Positions 1 to 12,513 of a stretch of 64,000 bases of DNA are shown here, piece after piece. Below the pieces are notes generated by a model. It had not been told where the DNA came from and searched no databases. It saw only the letters and a list, made by a program, of their open reading frames with translations. The stretch is taken from NCBI GenBank assembly GCA_021613535.1, contig CP075493.1:930001-994000 (forward strand), in the 5' to 3' direction. The position numbers and the translations under genes are program-made. The first letter of the stretch is position 1. Each line of letters starts with the position of its first letter. The stretch is from Adineta vaga. Taxonomy: Eukaryota > Animalia > Rotifera.

Positions 1-276
1 ATAAACGATACTCTTACTCACACCCTTCTAAGATTGATCACTACAATCAAATCGTTCAATAAATTAGGGCATGAGTGTGGGTATCGGTATTCTTGAGGGT
101 GTGGGTGATAGAGTGGGTTTTCTAGTAAGATCATAGTTCATTTAAAACTTGGATTCAAACTACTATTTCAGTGAGAATATACTTATGGGTTTGGAATCAG
201 TCGAGGTTCCAGCGGATCACCTTCGACGAGTGTGATTTATTATTAACAGAAAAAATCAAAATCAAATGAACAATAT

Positions 277-1010
277 TTAAACAAAACGCCAAGTTATGCG
301 AACTCGACCTTGATTTCGATTAGCGATTCGATCGAAAGCAGCTGGACTTAAATCAAGATCGCCCTGTAAAAATAAATTGATTTCACAAAATAAGTATGAT
401 AAGATGGTTTGACTTACGCTTTTGCATCCAGGACAACGATCTACAACACTGACAGTCACTGAACCTTTAGGTCCGTTGACTGAAATACGGCGACCACAGA
501 GTTTATTATTGTTTGGATTACCATTTGGAGTTTGTGGATCAAAGTCAGGAGAAGCCACAGCACAAACAAGTTCATTGCCACCACTATTTATTCCACAAGC
601 ACCAAGACCAGCTATAGAAAATAAGAATCATCACATTTCATTTGTTTTTTTTTCTTTTTAAATGACTTTCAAATCACACAAGTAGGTTGAAACTTACGAT
701 CATAATATGTTGCATCTCCAGAACGTTGATTACCGTTCGATGGTGGTGGATTTGAGCCACTGCGTTTACATGGTCCACTTTTACATCCTTCACCACAGTA
801 AGCATCCGTAGTGCCACAGTACCCATATTTTGATAAACAGTAGCCTGGTGCACAAGACGCCGAGCGAACAGGACGATTGAAAAGTCGTAATAATTGTTTT
901 ATATTACTCTTCCCGTCTCGAGACAGATGCTGCTGTTGCTCATAATGCGCATCAAGTGAACCAAGAAGTACAAGAATAAGAACACCAAGAAGACTAAATG
1001 AATAATGCAT
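277..1010 (-). CDS. Secreted chitin-binding (hevein/CBM18) + expansin/loosenin-like DPBB (RlpA-like) protein; 3 exons (1010-698, 611-418, 363-277), 197 aa
   Basis: Signal peptide; hevein motif [29 protein letters not shown]. Splicing at GTAAG..TAG/CAG sites gives GDATYYDPGLGACG...[28 protein letters not shown], the DPBB/expansin-like signature. Exon phases are compatible. Confidence 0.9.
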
Positions 1011-2215
1011 GTTGATAAATATAAAACTGCTGCAAAACTCTTTTGTTTATATACACAAACAATGTCGCACGTCACCTACGATGGGATAGATGTCATCGAA
1101 GCCGCATATGTGGGTGATGTTTCCCACCTAAAAAGAAACAGAACGAAAAACATTACCTTGCTGTATATGAATCGATGGTAGGTAAAACTGAAGTGTGATT
1201 CATATGTTTTCCCCATCTAATTTATTATATCTAGCAAACAAAACAACCACCTACGCATGAAGATTTTATTTAATTTCACTAATTAATACAATGATGTACT
1301 TTACCGAATGATGGCAAGAACGACCTGTTATATTTTCATCAATCAACTATTTTCGAGTGACTATTTATTACATGGATCCGATGAAGAGTTCTCTAGAAAA
1401 TGGCAGTTTTTCAAATTCATATTTTATACAGGTATTTTACATAACGATAACAGCTTTGTAAACGTCTCAGTTACATCTTTAACATAGTGATAGAAAGGAT
1501 AAATTTCTTTAGAAAATATCGAAATAAGAAAAAGCATGACGGATGCCGGTTTCAATGACACTTCCATTCTTTTAAAAATGCAACTACTGGCGATGTTTAA
1601 AGTGAATAGGGTGTGGGTGGATTTGATATGTAAATATACTAATCACACCCACCCACATTCGATATACTCTAATGATGTACGTAAAACTTCAATAGATGGA
1701 ATCCCCTTATACTTTCTTTTCGGAATGAAAGATATTATAGTACAAACTTATCATACGACACAACATATACCAAAGAGATTGTACTCGGACATTTCGATTT
1801 CAAAATTTATAGTTCAAAAGAGTTTGTTTAATTCCTGATGCAGCACCATAGCTGCAAATTGAATAAGTATTTTGCGTATTCTTTTAGCAGAACGAAGTAG
1901 CAGCATATATTAATTATAGAATACGACCGAATAGAGAAGTACTTTAATCAGCTATATAAGAAACTACAAGCTAAACATGATAAAACTAATATATATGTGC
2001 AAGAATATACCATTGAATTTAACGGAAAACTATATGTTTCGTAAGCTCTACAATTCGATTCCATAACGTACTCATATAGATTTATTAATATAGAAAATAT
2101 GTTGTGAAATCTAAAGGTGTGCTATATTAATAATCTTCAGAAACGGCCTAGTTATGTCATTATCCGTCACATCGTTCATATTTTTTTGGTATTCTTGAAA
2201 GAAAATACGCACAAA

Positions 2216-3707
2216 TTACAATTTCTTTCTCGCATTTTCATAGTTTGTTTTATAGAGGCGTAGATGAGGATGGCTCGATGGTAGTACTTGTTGTCCGATC
2301 TGGAGACCATATTCGAAAAATGAACAGCCTTTCAAATAGTCATCCATCTTGTAATATACTGCACCGATGTTGTAGTAGGATGAAGCAATATCAGGGTGGT
2401 TGGATGGAAGTGATTGTAGTTTGATTTCAAGAGATTTTCTGAAAAGTATTATGGCCTCGGTGTACTGTCCTTGCTGGTGTTTTATTAAACCAATTTGATT
2501 ATAAATTACTCTGTTGTCGCTTTCATTCTTTGTCTGACCATGTAGAACTTAACAGATTCGGTTAGCAATGTCATATTGTCCCAGATTACCTAGAACCAAA
2601 CTCATTCTGTACCATCCTTCAGAATTTGGAAAACTCTCTTCTCGAATTTGCCTAGTAAGCACACTTAATTCGTGATCATTGTCAGCTGTCAACCACAACT
2701 TCAGTTCATACAGTCGTTCATTGCCATCTATTACAATGATATCATCTACGCGAAAAACAGTATGCAACGAAAAGAGAATTTCTTTTTCTTCTATAAAGTT
2801 ACTAATATCTCCAACTGAGGCATATGGTGTTGTCGATTGAATAGGATCAATTTTCATTACAAATAGAATGCCTATGAGGCCAGATTTCTCACTATTACTT
2901 TCGGCATAAGACAAGGCTACCTTGCGATCATTGCTTGTTGATAAGAAATTATGGAATGACATTAGTCCACCTTTCGATTTCACCATTTCATCAAAATCTC
3001 TCTGTTGTATACCACCAAATGGGTGTTTTCTGATAATATTCATGTTCTAGTTGCTTCACTTTCTTCCGATCGATTTCATTGTCAACAAATGAATCAGAAT
3101 AATAGTTGACAAATTCTTTAATATGTTTATCTTCGAATGTGATGGTCAATAGTATTTCTTTGATGATTTGTGTGTACATAAATGATGGATCTAGTTGATC
3201 CAGTCGTTTTCCAGATGCCATAAAGCTCATTGGCATGGTATTGTGTTCATACTGACGAGTTATTTGTTGTAATTGTTGACAGATGTGTGTGATGTCTATG
3301 AAAACACCTTTTATTTTGAACCATGGTTTTACCCATTGTTCATGTTGATTTTTATTGCCGCAGAAGATGAAAATAGAATCAATTTTTGAGATATCATGTA
3401 TGCACGGCACGATATCTTGTCCAACTGATCCTGAAACAATCATACATACTTTTGTAGCGATGGTGTTGAGAATGAATTCGATGCATTGATCATTATCAGT
3501 GAATGTATGAACATCGGTAACAACTTGTTGAAGTTGTTTAATTGTATTTTGACAGTCTGGATTATTGTTGTGAATGGAACTGTCCAACCACACGATAAGA
3601 ATGTCTTGTGATTGTTCAACATCAGCATAATTATGTTCAATTACTTGTTTCGAAAGCACAGTTGCCTGTTCCATTGTATTTATATCGCCTAATTCTCCAT
3701 TTGCCAT
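2216..3707 (-). pseudogene. ADP-ribosyltransferase (R-S-E clade) + TPR gene, disrupted
   Basis: Family motifs IVWLDSSI, LDPSFMYTQIIKEILL, TPIWWYT, GGLMSFHNFLSTS, EEKEILF. Frameshifting deletion near 3010 removes the segment with the catalytic Arg. In-frame TAA at 2549-2551, then kinesin-light-chain-type TPRs (LPSNHPDIASSYYNIG) to a stop at 2216. Confidence 0.85.
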
Positions 3708-4754
3708 TGACTTGAGATATGTGTTATTTGAGAAGGAGAATTTACAATGTCATCTAAACGATTATCAAATCATATTATTTGAAAATCATTGGCTAAACAG
3801 TTTAGTCTCATGTGAAGTAGCCATAGAAGAAATGAAAAACTACTGAAAATATTTAACTTGGAAGTTTCTAACAATAAAAAAATACTAGGTAAAAAATTAG
3901 ACTGTATTTGCAGGCATGTGTCTGTTGTTTGCTTTCATCATAAAGGTTTTTCTTTTCTTTCCTATCAACAATATAGAGTAAAAGTACTGTCAATACATCT
4001 CACGCTGCCTCTTTTTTTGTTTGTTTCGTTGTTTTGTTGAGTCCATTAACGTGAGAATTTATTTTTCGTTAACTCGTATCCTCACCTAGATAACTAAAGA
4101 AAAAATTGACTGAATAAGAATAGTTACCGAACATTTCTCTTCTAAAATTTAACCGAAACATATGAATAGACAAGAAGTTCATGAAATTAGTTTCTCACCA
4201 TAACAAATATTTTTTCAAGCTTCATGTTTTGTAAATTAGTTTACTTCGATGAAACGAGAATGATTTGCTAAAAGAAATCTTTTACAACTTTACTGATGAG
4301 TCTTTCGAGAAGAATCACAGATAAATCATAGACTTATTGATACAATCAACTGATAAATATTTCCCTTCTTCATAAGCTGCTTCACAACAAATTTAATAAT
4401 TACGATCATATATTCCAATATTTGTATTATTTGAATGGAGATGTTGCGATAGATTTTGCTCACTATCGTAAACATGTTTTTTTCTTCCTCTTATTCATTG
4501 CAGAAATCATGTTTAATGTGTCGACGAGAGACAAGTGCTTGTCTCACTCATACCTTAATGTTATTTTTTTATTCACCAGCTACATAAAAACAAAGACAAT
4601 TTTTTCAATAAAACTTTCTTGTATTGACATTATCGGTATAAATACGTTGAGACATTTTGAAATAGGAAGAGAAGAACGAAATTGACGAGAGTAGTAAGAA
4701 AAAAATCAAAATACTAGTAGAAATTTCAGCGACTCTTTTCTTGGTTGTAAGATA

Positions 4755-5081
4755 GATGAAATACTATGGCTAAATGAAAGTATCAGTGATATCAACAAAC
4801 AAGAACGCTATATCATCCTATCATACGACTATAATAAGTGGTATATACAGTTAATATATTCATAGATGCCGAAGAAGAAAAAACAAGAATATAAAGTGAA
4901 AGGTATTTTCCGTAATATACCATCAATATTTAGAGCATTAAGAGAGGCTGTTCAGCAATACAATCACAGTATGATCTCCATGAGCTTCGTCAAGTTGAGT
5001 GATAAACTCAATCCAACCTTCATGTATACACAGATAATGAAAGAAATTCTACTTACTAATAATGAATATCGATCTTTTTAG
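4755..5081 (+). pseudogene. Degraded fragment of a second ART-TPR family gene (N-terminal part)
   Basis: KVKGIF...MISMSFV...LNPTFMYTQIMKEILLT parallels KIKGVF...MPMSFM...LDPSFMYTQIIKEILLT of the 2216-3707 gene; truncated on both sides. Confidence 0.7.
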
Positions 5082-5956
5082 ACGAATGGTTTTTTTTATT
5101 CGTGATTTTCACTCACATCTATCTCATTTTTATACCGGACAGTACAATAAAACGAATTATTACGATAGTTTTGTTTTATTTCGGAGTCAAAGTTTGTCAA
5201 AGACGAATTTCGATCGACTTACGAAATGATATCTTTATCAATATTTAATTGCTGTCGTGTTTAAAATAATTGTTAATCTTTCGACACCGTCGGTGCCTTT
5301 TGACTCCACTATGAACATAGGTTATTTTGAGACCGAAAATGAGATTGTTCTATCCACGCGTTCCGTCTTTCGTATTTGAGAGATGAAGAACATCAATATG
5401 TAAATAAAAATATATCTTCCAAATAATCCGGGTGTGATTGTTTCATATACCTGCGATGATTTCGTTTATGATAAAATGGGCAAATACTCAAAAGAATTTC
5501 TTTTAGAAAAGGAAAGTATTTGAAATTTTTGAAAAAAAGCTTTTTTATTTTATGAACATGCTTTACACATCGGTAAACATTTACTGCCTTTGAAACATCG
5601 TTATTTGCAAAGGTTTGAGAAAAATAATGAAACTATACCAAAGAAACCGTAGATGAATGTTTTATCTGAACATACTAGAGATAAAAGATACAAACAAATC
5701 TAACATTCAGTATTTTATTACAGATGTTCGTTCTCCTCTTTTTTGTCTCAAATCACAATGATGATACGAAAACATCTGTGCTCCACCATGCATCACATTA
5801 TACCATTGAAAAAAAATGTCAGTACTTTTTTCGTTCTCTCACTGTGATATCTATTTTCATTTTAGCTGTTGTAACTCTTCTTATCTGAGAAGAAAAAAGA
5901 TATTCACATTTAAACCATGGTCCTTTTGTGTGAATAACAAATATTATACTTAAATA

Positions 5957-8900
5957 ATGATGTTCTATATACTTCTGCTTGTTCTAAGTGTAATTACATT
6001 TACAAGCCCAAACAAATCATTCAATAAATGTGGTTATGATGTATAAGAAAAGTGGGATATCAAAATAATTATTTCAAATAGATATTTTTAAGGCTTGTAA
6101 TTTGGGTGATCCGACAAAACTCAATGTTCATCTTGTTCCACATTCACATGATGATGTTGGATTTGTGAAAACACTTGATCAGTATTATTATGGATGTATG
6201 TTTGATTTTATTTGATTTTTTATGTTTCAAAAACAAATCTTTATTTTTCAAAGCACGAACTGATCTTCAACATGCGGGTGTTCAATATATTCTTGATTCA
6301 ATTGTTCTTGCATTAGATGAAAATCCTGATCGACGATTTATTTATGTTGAAATGGCTTTCTTTTCTCGTTGGTGGTCTCAACAAACCGATGAAATTCGCA
6401 ATAAAGTCAAAGAATTCGTTAATTCAGGTATGTCTTAACTTAAGACTGATGAATTTTCTTATGTAGATTTGATAAAAGGTCGTTTGGAATTTATTTCTGG
6501 TGGTTGGTGTATGAATGATGAAGGAACAACACATTATAATTCAATTATTGATCAACATAGTTTAGGCTTAGAATTTCTACATGAACAATTCGGTGGATGT
6601 GCTCGACCGAAAGTTGGTTGGCAGATAGATCCATTTGGTCATTCACGTGAACAAGCATCGATTCTTGCACAAGTTAGTTCAAATTCTTTCTTTTGTTTCC
6701 ATGTAGATAATATTCTAAAGTGTATATAGATGGGTTTTGATGGTCTATTCTTTGGCCGTGCTGATTATCAAGATTTACAAAAACGTAATACAACAAAATC
6801 AATGGAAATGGTTTGGAAAGCAAGTACGAATTTAGGTCAACAAAGTTGGTTATTTACTGGTATTTTACCTCGAAGATATTCAACTCCAGCAACATTTTCA
6901 TTTGATTTCATTGGTCCAGATGATCCGATTATAGTTAGTTGAGATATTTTATCATTATTTTTGTCTAAAGATTCATATATATATAGGATGATATGAAATT
7001 ACCTGATTATAATGTTCCAGAACGTGTTCGAACATTTATTCAATCAGCTCATAATGAATCAATGGAATATGCAACTAATCATATCATTATGACATTTGGT
7101 GGTGATTTTCAATATGAAAATGCATTAGCAAATTATAAAAATCTCGATAAATTAATTAAATATGTTAATGATCAAGTAAGATGAATTGATTTTGTATTTA
7201 AATATGTGAATATATTCAATGAAAGTATAGCAAATGAATGGTAGTAATGTCAATGTCTTCTATTCGACTCCATCGTGTTATTTATATGCATTGAATAAAG
7301 TCAATCGTAGTTGGATAACAAAAAATGATGATTTCTTTCCACATGCTCATCATCCACATGGATTTTGGACGGGATATTTTACATCACGAGCAGCATTAAA
7401 ACGTTTTGAACGTTATTCAAATAATATTCTACAAGTTACACGACAATTAAACGCTTTTTCTAATAGTCAATTACGAAATGAAATCTTCAATTTAAGTAAA
7501 ACTTCATCATCGTTTTCTTTTCATATTTAAAATTGATTTTTAAAATAAAGGTGAAGCAATGGCAGTTGCACAACATCATGATGCAGTTAGTGGAACAGAA
7601 AAACAACACGTAGCAAATGATTATGCACAACGATTATCTATCGGTCTTAATTCTGCATTAGTCAATAATCTTTTTAATTCATAATTCAATTTTTCATATT
7701 GATGTAATTTTAGAATGTGATCAATCAAGCTTATTCAAAACTATTAATAAAAGATGAGCAGCTTCTTTGTTCATTAACAAATATTAGTGAATGTTTACCA
7801 ATTGAAAATGCAAAACAAGTAAATATTTCTTCGATATTTCTTCGATATTGTCTTTACTTTTTGATCAAATAGTTTACAGTAACACTTTGGAATCCAATCA
7901 TTCATTCAGTTATTGATTATTTACGAATACCTGTCACAAAATCTTATACAGTTCGTGGTCCAAGTGGTCAAGTTCATGTTGAATTAATTCCCATTTCAAA
8001 TACAACAAAAACAATTCCTGGTCGAATGAGTAATGCAACAATGCAATTGATTTTTCAATATAATCTTCCAGCACTTGGATTTTCTACATACTTTTTTGAA
8101 GGTGATGATGAAATTCATTTTCTTTTTTATTTCACATTATATTTATCATTTTAGCAAAGGAAGAAATTGAAAAAGAAAGATTTAAAATAACGAAAAATGA
8201 AATGTGTATTTTACAAAATCAAGTAAGAAAATTTCCTATAGGTAAATTTTTTAATGAAAGTCTTTATAGAATCTTCGAATTGAAATTGATGAACAAGGAA
8301 ATTTACAACATATTGTAAATCTTCGAAAGAATATCAATGTAACATTTTCTAATCAAGGTTTTTATTGGTATCAAAGTAAGATTTAAGATAAATTGAATTT
8401 TTTTTTTATTATTCTTGAAATTCAAAGGTTATGCTGGAAACAACTCTCAATTTGATTTTCAAGCATCGGGTGCTTATATCTTTCGACCGATGACACAAGA
8501 TGTGAAACCAGTATCTACAAAACGTTCAATGTAAAGACTCTTTCTCATTTTGAATTAGTATTGATTCGATTTGATTGTTTATAGACAATGTCTAAAAACG
8601 GATCTTGTTCAAACAGCAATCATTGTGTTTAATGAATGGATTAGTGAAGAAATCAATTTATATGATGAAAGAAATGATGTAGAAATTGAATGGACAGTTG
8701 GTCCAATTCCAATTGAAGATAATCTTGGAAAAGAAATTATTCTTCGTTATGATACAGATATTCAAAGTCAATCAAACTTTTTTACAGATTCAAATGGACG
8801 AGAAATTCTTCAACGAATAAGAAATTATCGACCAACATATAATTATACAATTACGGAACCAGTTAGTGGAAATTATTATCCTGTTAATTCTCGTATATGG

Positions 8901-9617
8901 ATTAATGAAACAAATCGACAATTTACGATTCTTACTGGTAATAAAAAATAATTAAATCAACTAGATTTTATTCATTTATATATTTATATAGATCGTTCAG
9001 AAGGTGGTACAAGTCTTTATGATGGTTCAATTGAATTAATGATACATCGACGTTTACTCTATGATGATCATATGGGTGTTGGTGAAGCTTTGAATGAAAC
9101 TGCCTATGATCAAGGTCTTGTTATTCGTGGAAAACATTTTCTTCATATTGATTCACCTCAATCAAGTTCTCTTTATCATCGTGTTTATTCTCAACAATTA
9201 TTTATGTCTCCATTAGTTACATATGGATTATCAAATACATCTTATTTGAATATACATAATCAAACATGGTCAGCTGTATCTGAAATAGTCCCATTAAATA
9301 TTCATTTACTAACATTTGATCAATTAAAAGAAAAAGAATATCTCATTCGACTTGAACATTATTTTGAATTGAATGAAGATGAAATATATTCATTTCCAAC
9401 TACGATTAATTTACAATCAATATTTCAATCGATTGGAAATATTAATCAAACAATTGAATTAACATTAGATGGTAATTTAGAATTATCTCAAATGAAAAGA
9501 CTTGATTGGTTAACTGATGATAACAATGAGAAACAATTCACTCAGATAAATATCAATAATTCATCTATTATTTTAAATCCAATGCAGATTCGAACATTTC
9601 GTGTAACGATCACATAA
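5957..9617 (+). CDS. Lysosomal alpha-mannosidase (GH38, MAN2B1-like), about 15 exons
   Basis: Signal peptide. Motifs [36 protein letters not shown] (nucleophile), [44 protein letters not shown]. About 14 introns of roughly 50-60 nt. Confidence 0.95.
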
Positions 9618-9677
9618 TCTGATACATGAACTTTATTTTCATTATCGTTTGTAATCAAAGGTTCAATAAATTCGATA

Positions 9678-10496
9678 TCACTGAATATATTTTGGAAGCT
9701 TTTTTCTCGAACTAAGTTGTTGTTGAAGCCAACGGGATGCTTCATTGAAAGCTTTATTACTAATTGAGACTGCTGGAGCCGCATCGAGAAAAGTATGTAG
9801 AGTTCTTCGAATACGATCATCGACACCATAGTTAAGTATTTGAGTATTTAACATGGGTTGTTTCAATGCATGTAATTATAGATTAGTAGCAACACATAAA
9901 TTAGCACCAGCAGAATCACCACCGATAGCGATTCGAAATGGATCAATATGGTACTTCGGACCGTATTGCCTTAATCATTGGACAACGGATACAATTTCAT
10001 TGAGTGCTGTAAGTTATTTTACTTCAGGTGATAAACTATAATCAACATCGACTACAATAAAACCTGTCCGAGCTGCATATTCTCGCATAATTCGATCATG
10101 TGTATTAAGACTAAATAGTGTCCAACCACCACCATGTATGTAAATAAGAGTAGGTGTATTGAATTGAATAGATTTAACTGTTGGATAGTAGATACGAATG
10201 CGTGTTGAATAATTACCAGCACGTATATCATCCGTTCGTCACATGATTGGTCCACCAATTGTTACTAAAACTCGTAGTAATTCTACTTTTCGTCTTATGT
10301 CTTCATTCCAAGATCTGTTTGCAGGAGGTAAACAATAACATGTCCTATTCATTAAAGCGTATTGTCGTTGAAGATCGATATCAATCTTTTCATCCTTGAT
10401 TGTATTCTTTTCGGTATTACCGTTTATCTGTTCGATATACTGAAGCAATACCAGAATTTGAACGATGATGAAAAGGAACTTAAGACGTATGATCAT
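9678..10496 (-). pseudogene. Secreted HSL-family (family IV) alpha/beta-hydrolase/esterase with four in-frame stops and an internal deletion
   Basis: One reading frame gives a signal peptide, LIYIHGGGW, VDYSLSPE, RIAIGGDSAGANL and LHTFL. Four internal stops (first at 10239-10241). The segment expected between NYGV and the His motif is missing. Confidence 0.85.
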
Positions 10497-11039
10497 ACTA
10501 TAAAATCAAGTATAGTACTAGGAGCTAAAATCGTTCTATTTATACATAAATATGGATATGGGATTCAATGCATCATATGAGAAATATTCTGTTCACATCA
10601 TTTTGTTTATGGGAGTGAGAAATGGGAAAGACAATGACGTGATATGGGAAACAGCTATTCTAAATGAGATATACCCATACTACGTATAATTCGATGTGCT
10701 TATATATCTGTAACGTCCTCGCTTGCATACGACATACGCGTGATAGTTATTTTTATGTGAATATAGATATTAACTTTTCTTTGGTGCACAAGTATATCAG
10801 CATTTATTTTATGACAGAACGATGCAATTACTATGAGAAGGAAATAAACGAAGACGTAGTTCCATAAAAAATCGTCACAATCTCTATACTTATATTCACA
10901 TGTGACACATGATATTTGTTCTAAAGTAACATATATTGATAAATTCTTTTCGATGAAATTAGACACAATGTAATTAAAGATCTACTGCCAAATGTAACAT
11001 ATGATTGGAGTATAGCCATATATTGTAAGCATATGATTT

Positions 11040-12150
11040 TTTATTCCCTCTACTGAAAGGAGGGTATACACAGTCTGAGTTAAAGTTCGTACGTTCAGTC
11101 ACATCGTTACCAGATAGGATAATATATTTCTTTTAAGGGTTGAACGAAGGATTATCGAGGTCGAGGAACACGAATGTGGCGTTAGTTTTTGTGGATTATT
11201 TTTCTCACGTATTTTCTGATATTTAGCATATGAGAAAATCAACTATGCTGTTAGAGTTGGAGAAATGATTATGAGCGTTTAGAAATGGTAGTCTAGAGCT
11301 AGCATTTTCGGATTCATTCTAATTGTGCGTGGGACTTATACCCTTCTATATGCTGAATAGAAACGTTTACGTATATTTTTTTCATAATTTTCTAGGGTAA
11401 TCAAAAATGGAGAGTACAACAGAGATTTCGATAGAAATGGCTAGACGTTTATTACTAGTTACTTCAAAGACGATATTTAAATGAGTCTCCGATACTTTGA
11501 GTGGATTTTCGAAGGAACCTAAGTGATGCTTCTTTAAGAATGGTCTCAACCGATTATCGACGCCTGGGAAAAAAAGGAAAAATGAAATCTGCAATACACA
11601 TCATACCTATCTCAAGTTACAATATCCTCGATTAGAAACCGATCCACTAAGAACGAATTACTTTGAGAGGGTTTTAATTTTCTGATCGGTACTTTTTTCT
11701 CAAAATTATTTGAAACATATATGAATTACTCAGTTTTTAACACTCATTCCGAATCTGATATTGGTTTTGAGTCTAATCGTACTTTCCTAATGGAAAAATG
11801 CTTAAAAAAAGGTCTCAAAATGCGCAAAAACTGTATTTTAACCCCAAATTGCCTAAATACGTCTCATATGACCTGTAGTTTGGGAGTTTCCCAAATGCTT
11901 AGTTTCATAGCTAGTCAGAAGGATTATCAAAATGCTGATGTGCTTATCTATCATAGATCTTTTACAGACTCATGAGATTACTTACGACTGTAATCATGGC
12001 AAATTCAAACACAAAAATTCATTCAGAAGTAAGTCTTCAGAAATCTTGCTCTTCGAAAAATTTCTCGTGGTCATTTTAATGCGTAGACATACTAGAATGG
12101 TTCATCTCTCTCATGGACTTTTTGCAGTACATATAACTCTCGGATAAAAT
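11040..12150. mobile_element. Probable non-autonomous DNA element (Helentron/DINE-like or similar), boundaries uncertain
   Basis: Begins TTTATTCCC..AGGGTATA (DINE-like terminal stem). Contains TCGAGGTCGAGGA, whose reverse complement occurs near 60420. No credible ORF. Confidence 0.35.
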
Positions 12151-12513
12151 CCGAAGTTTCCACATTTATTATAGGTTATTCTGTATATGTAGATGCTAGA
12201 ACAAGTGATGCGATTCCAATATGATTTATATGCTATAAATTTACCTTATATCATCTACTGTATACATGCTATAAACATCAGATCTGAACAACGTACTATA
12301 AGAAATAAAACAAAAAAAATCTCTGTTACCTGACTTATGAGTCACCCGCTACATTATCGCCATCTTTTTAAGTAAACTAACTATTCGCTACTGTTGAAAT
12401 CGTCAGACTTCATTCGTTTTCAATAACAAAAAAAGAATTATTTCAGAATAACAAACTGCTTCTTGTAACAAATAAAACATATTCCAAAGCTGACAACTTC
12501 AACAATCTTTCGT

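Noticed and set aside
9678-10496. Alternative genetic code or stop-codon recoding to explain in-frame stops
   Set aside because: Intact neighbouring genes end in TAA, TAG and TGA and use TGG for Trp. The same locus also has a deletion, so decay is the simpler explanation.
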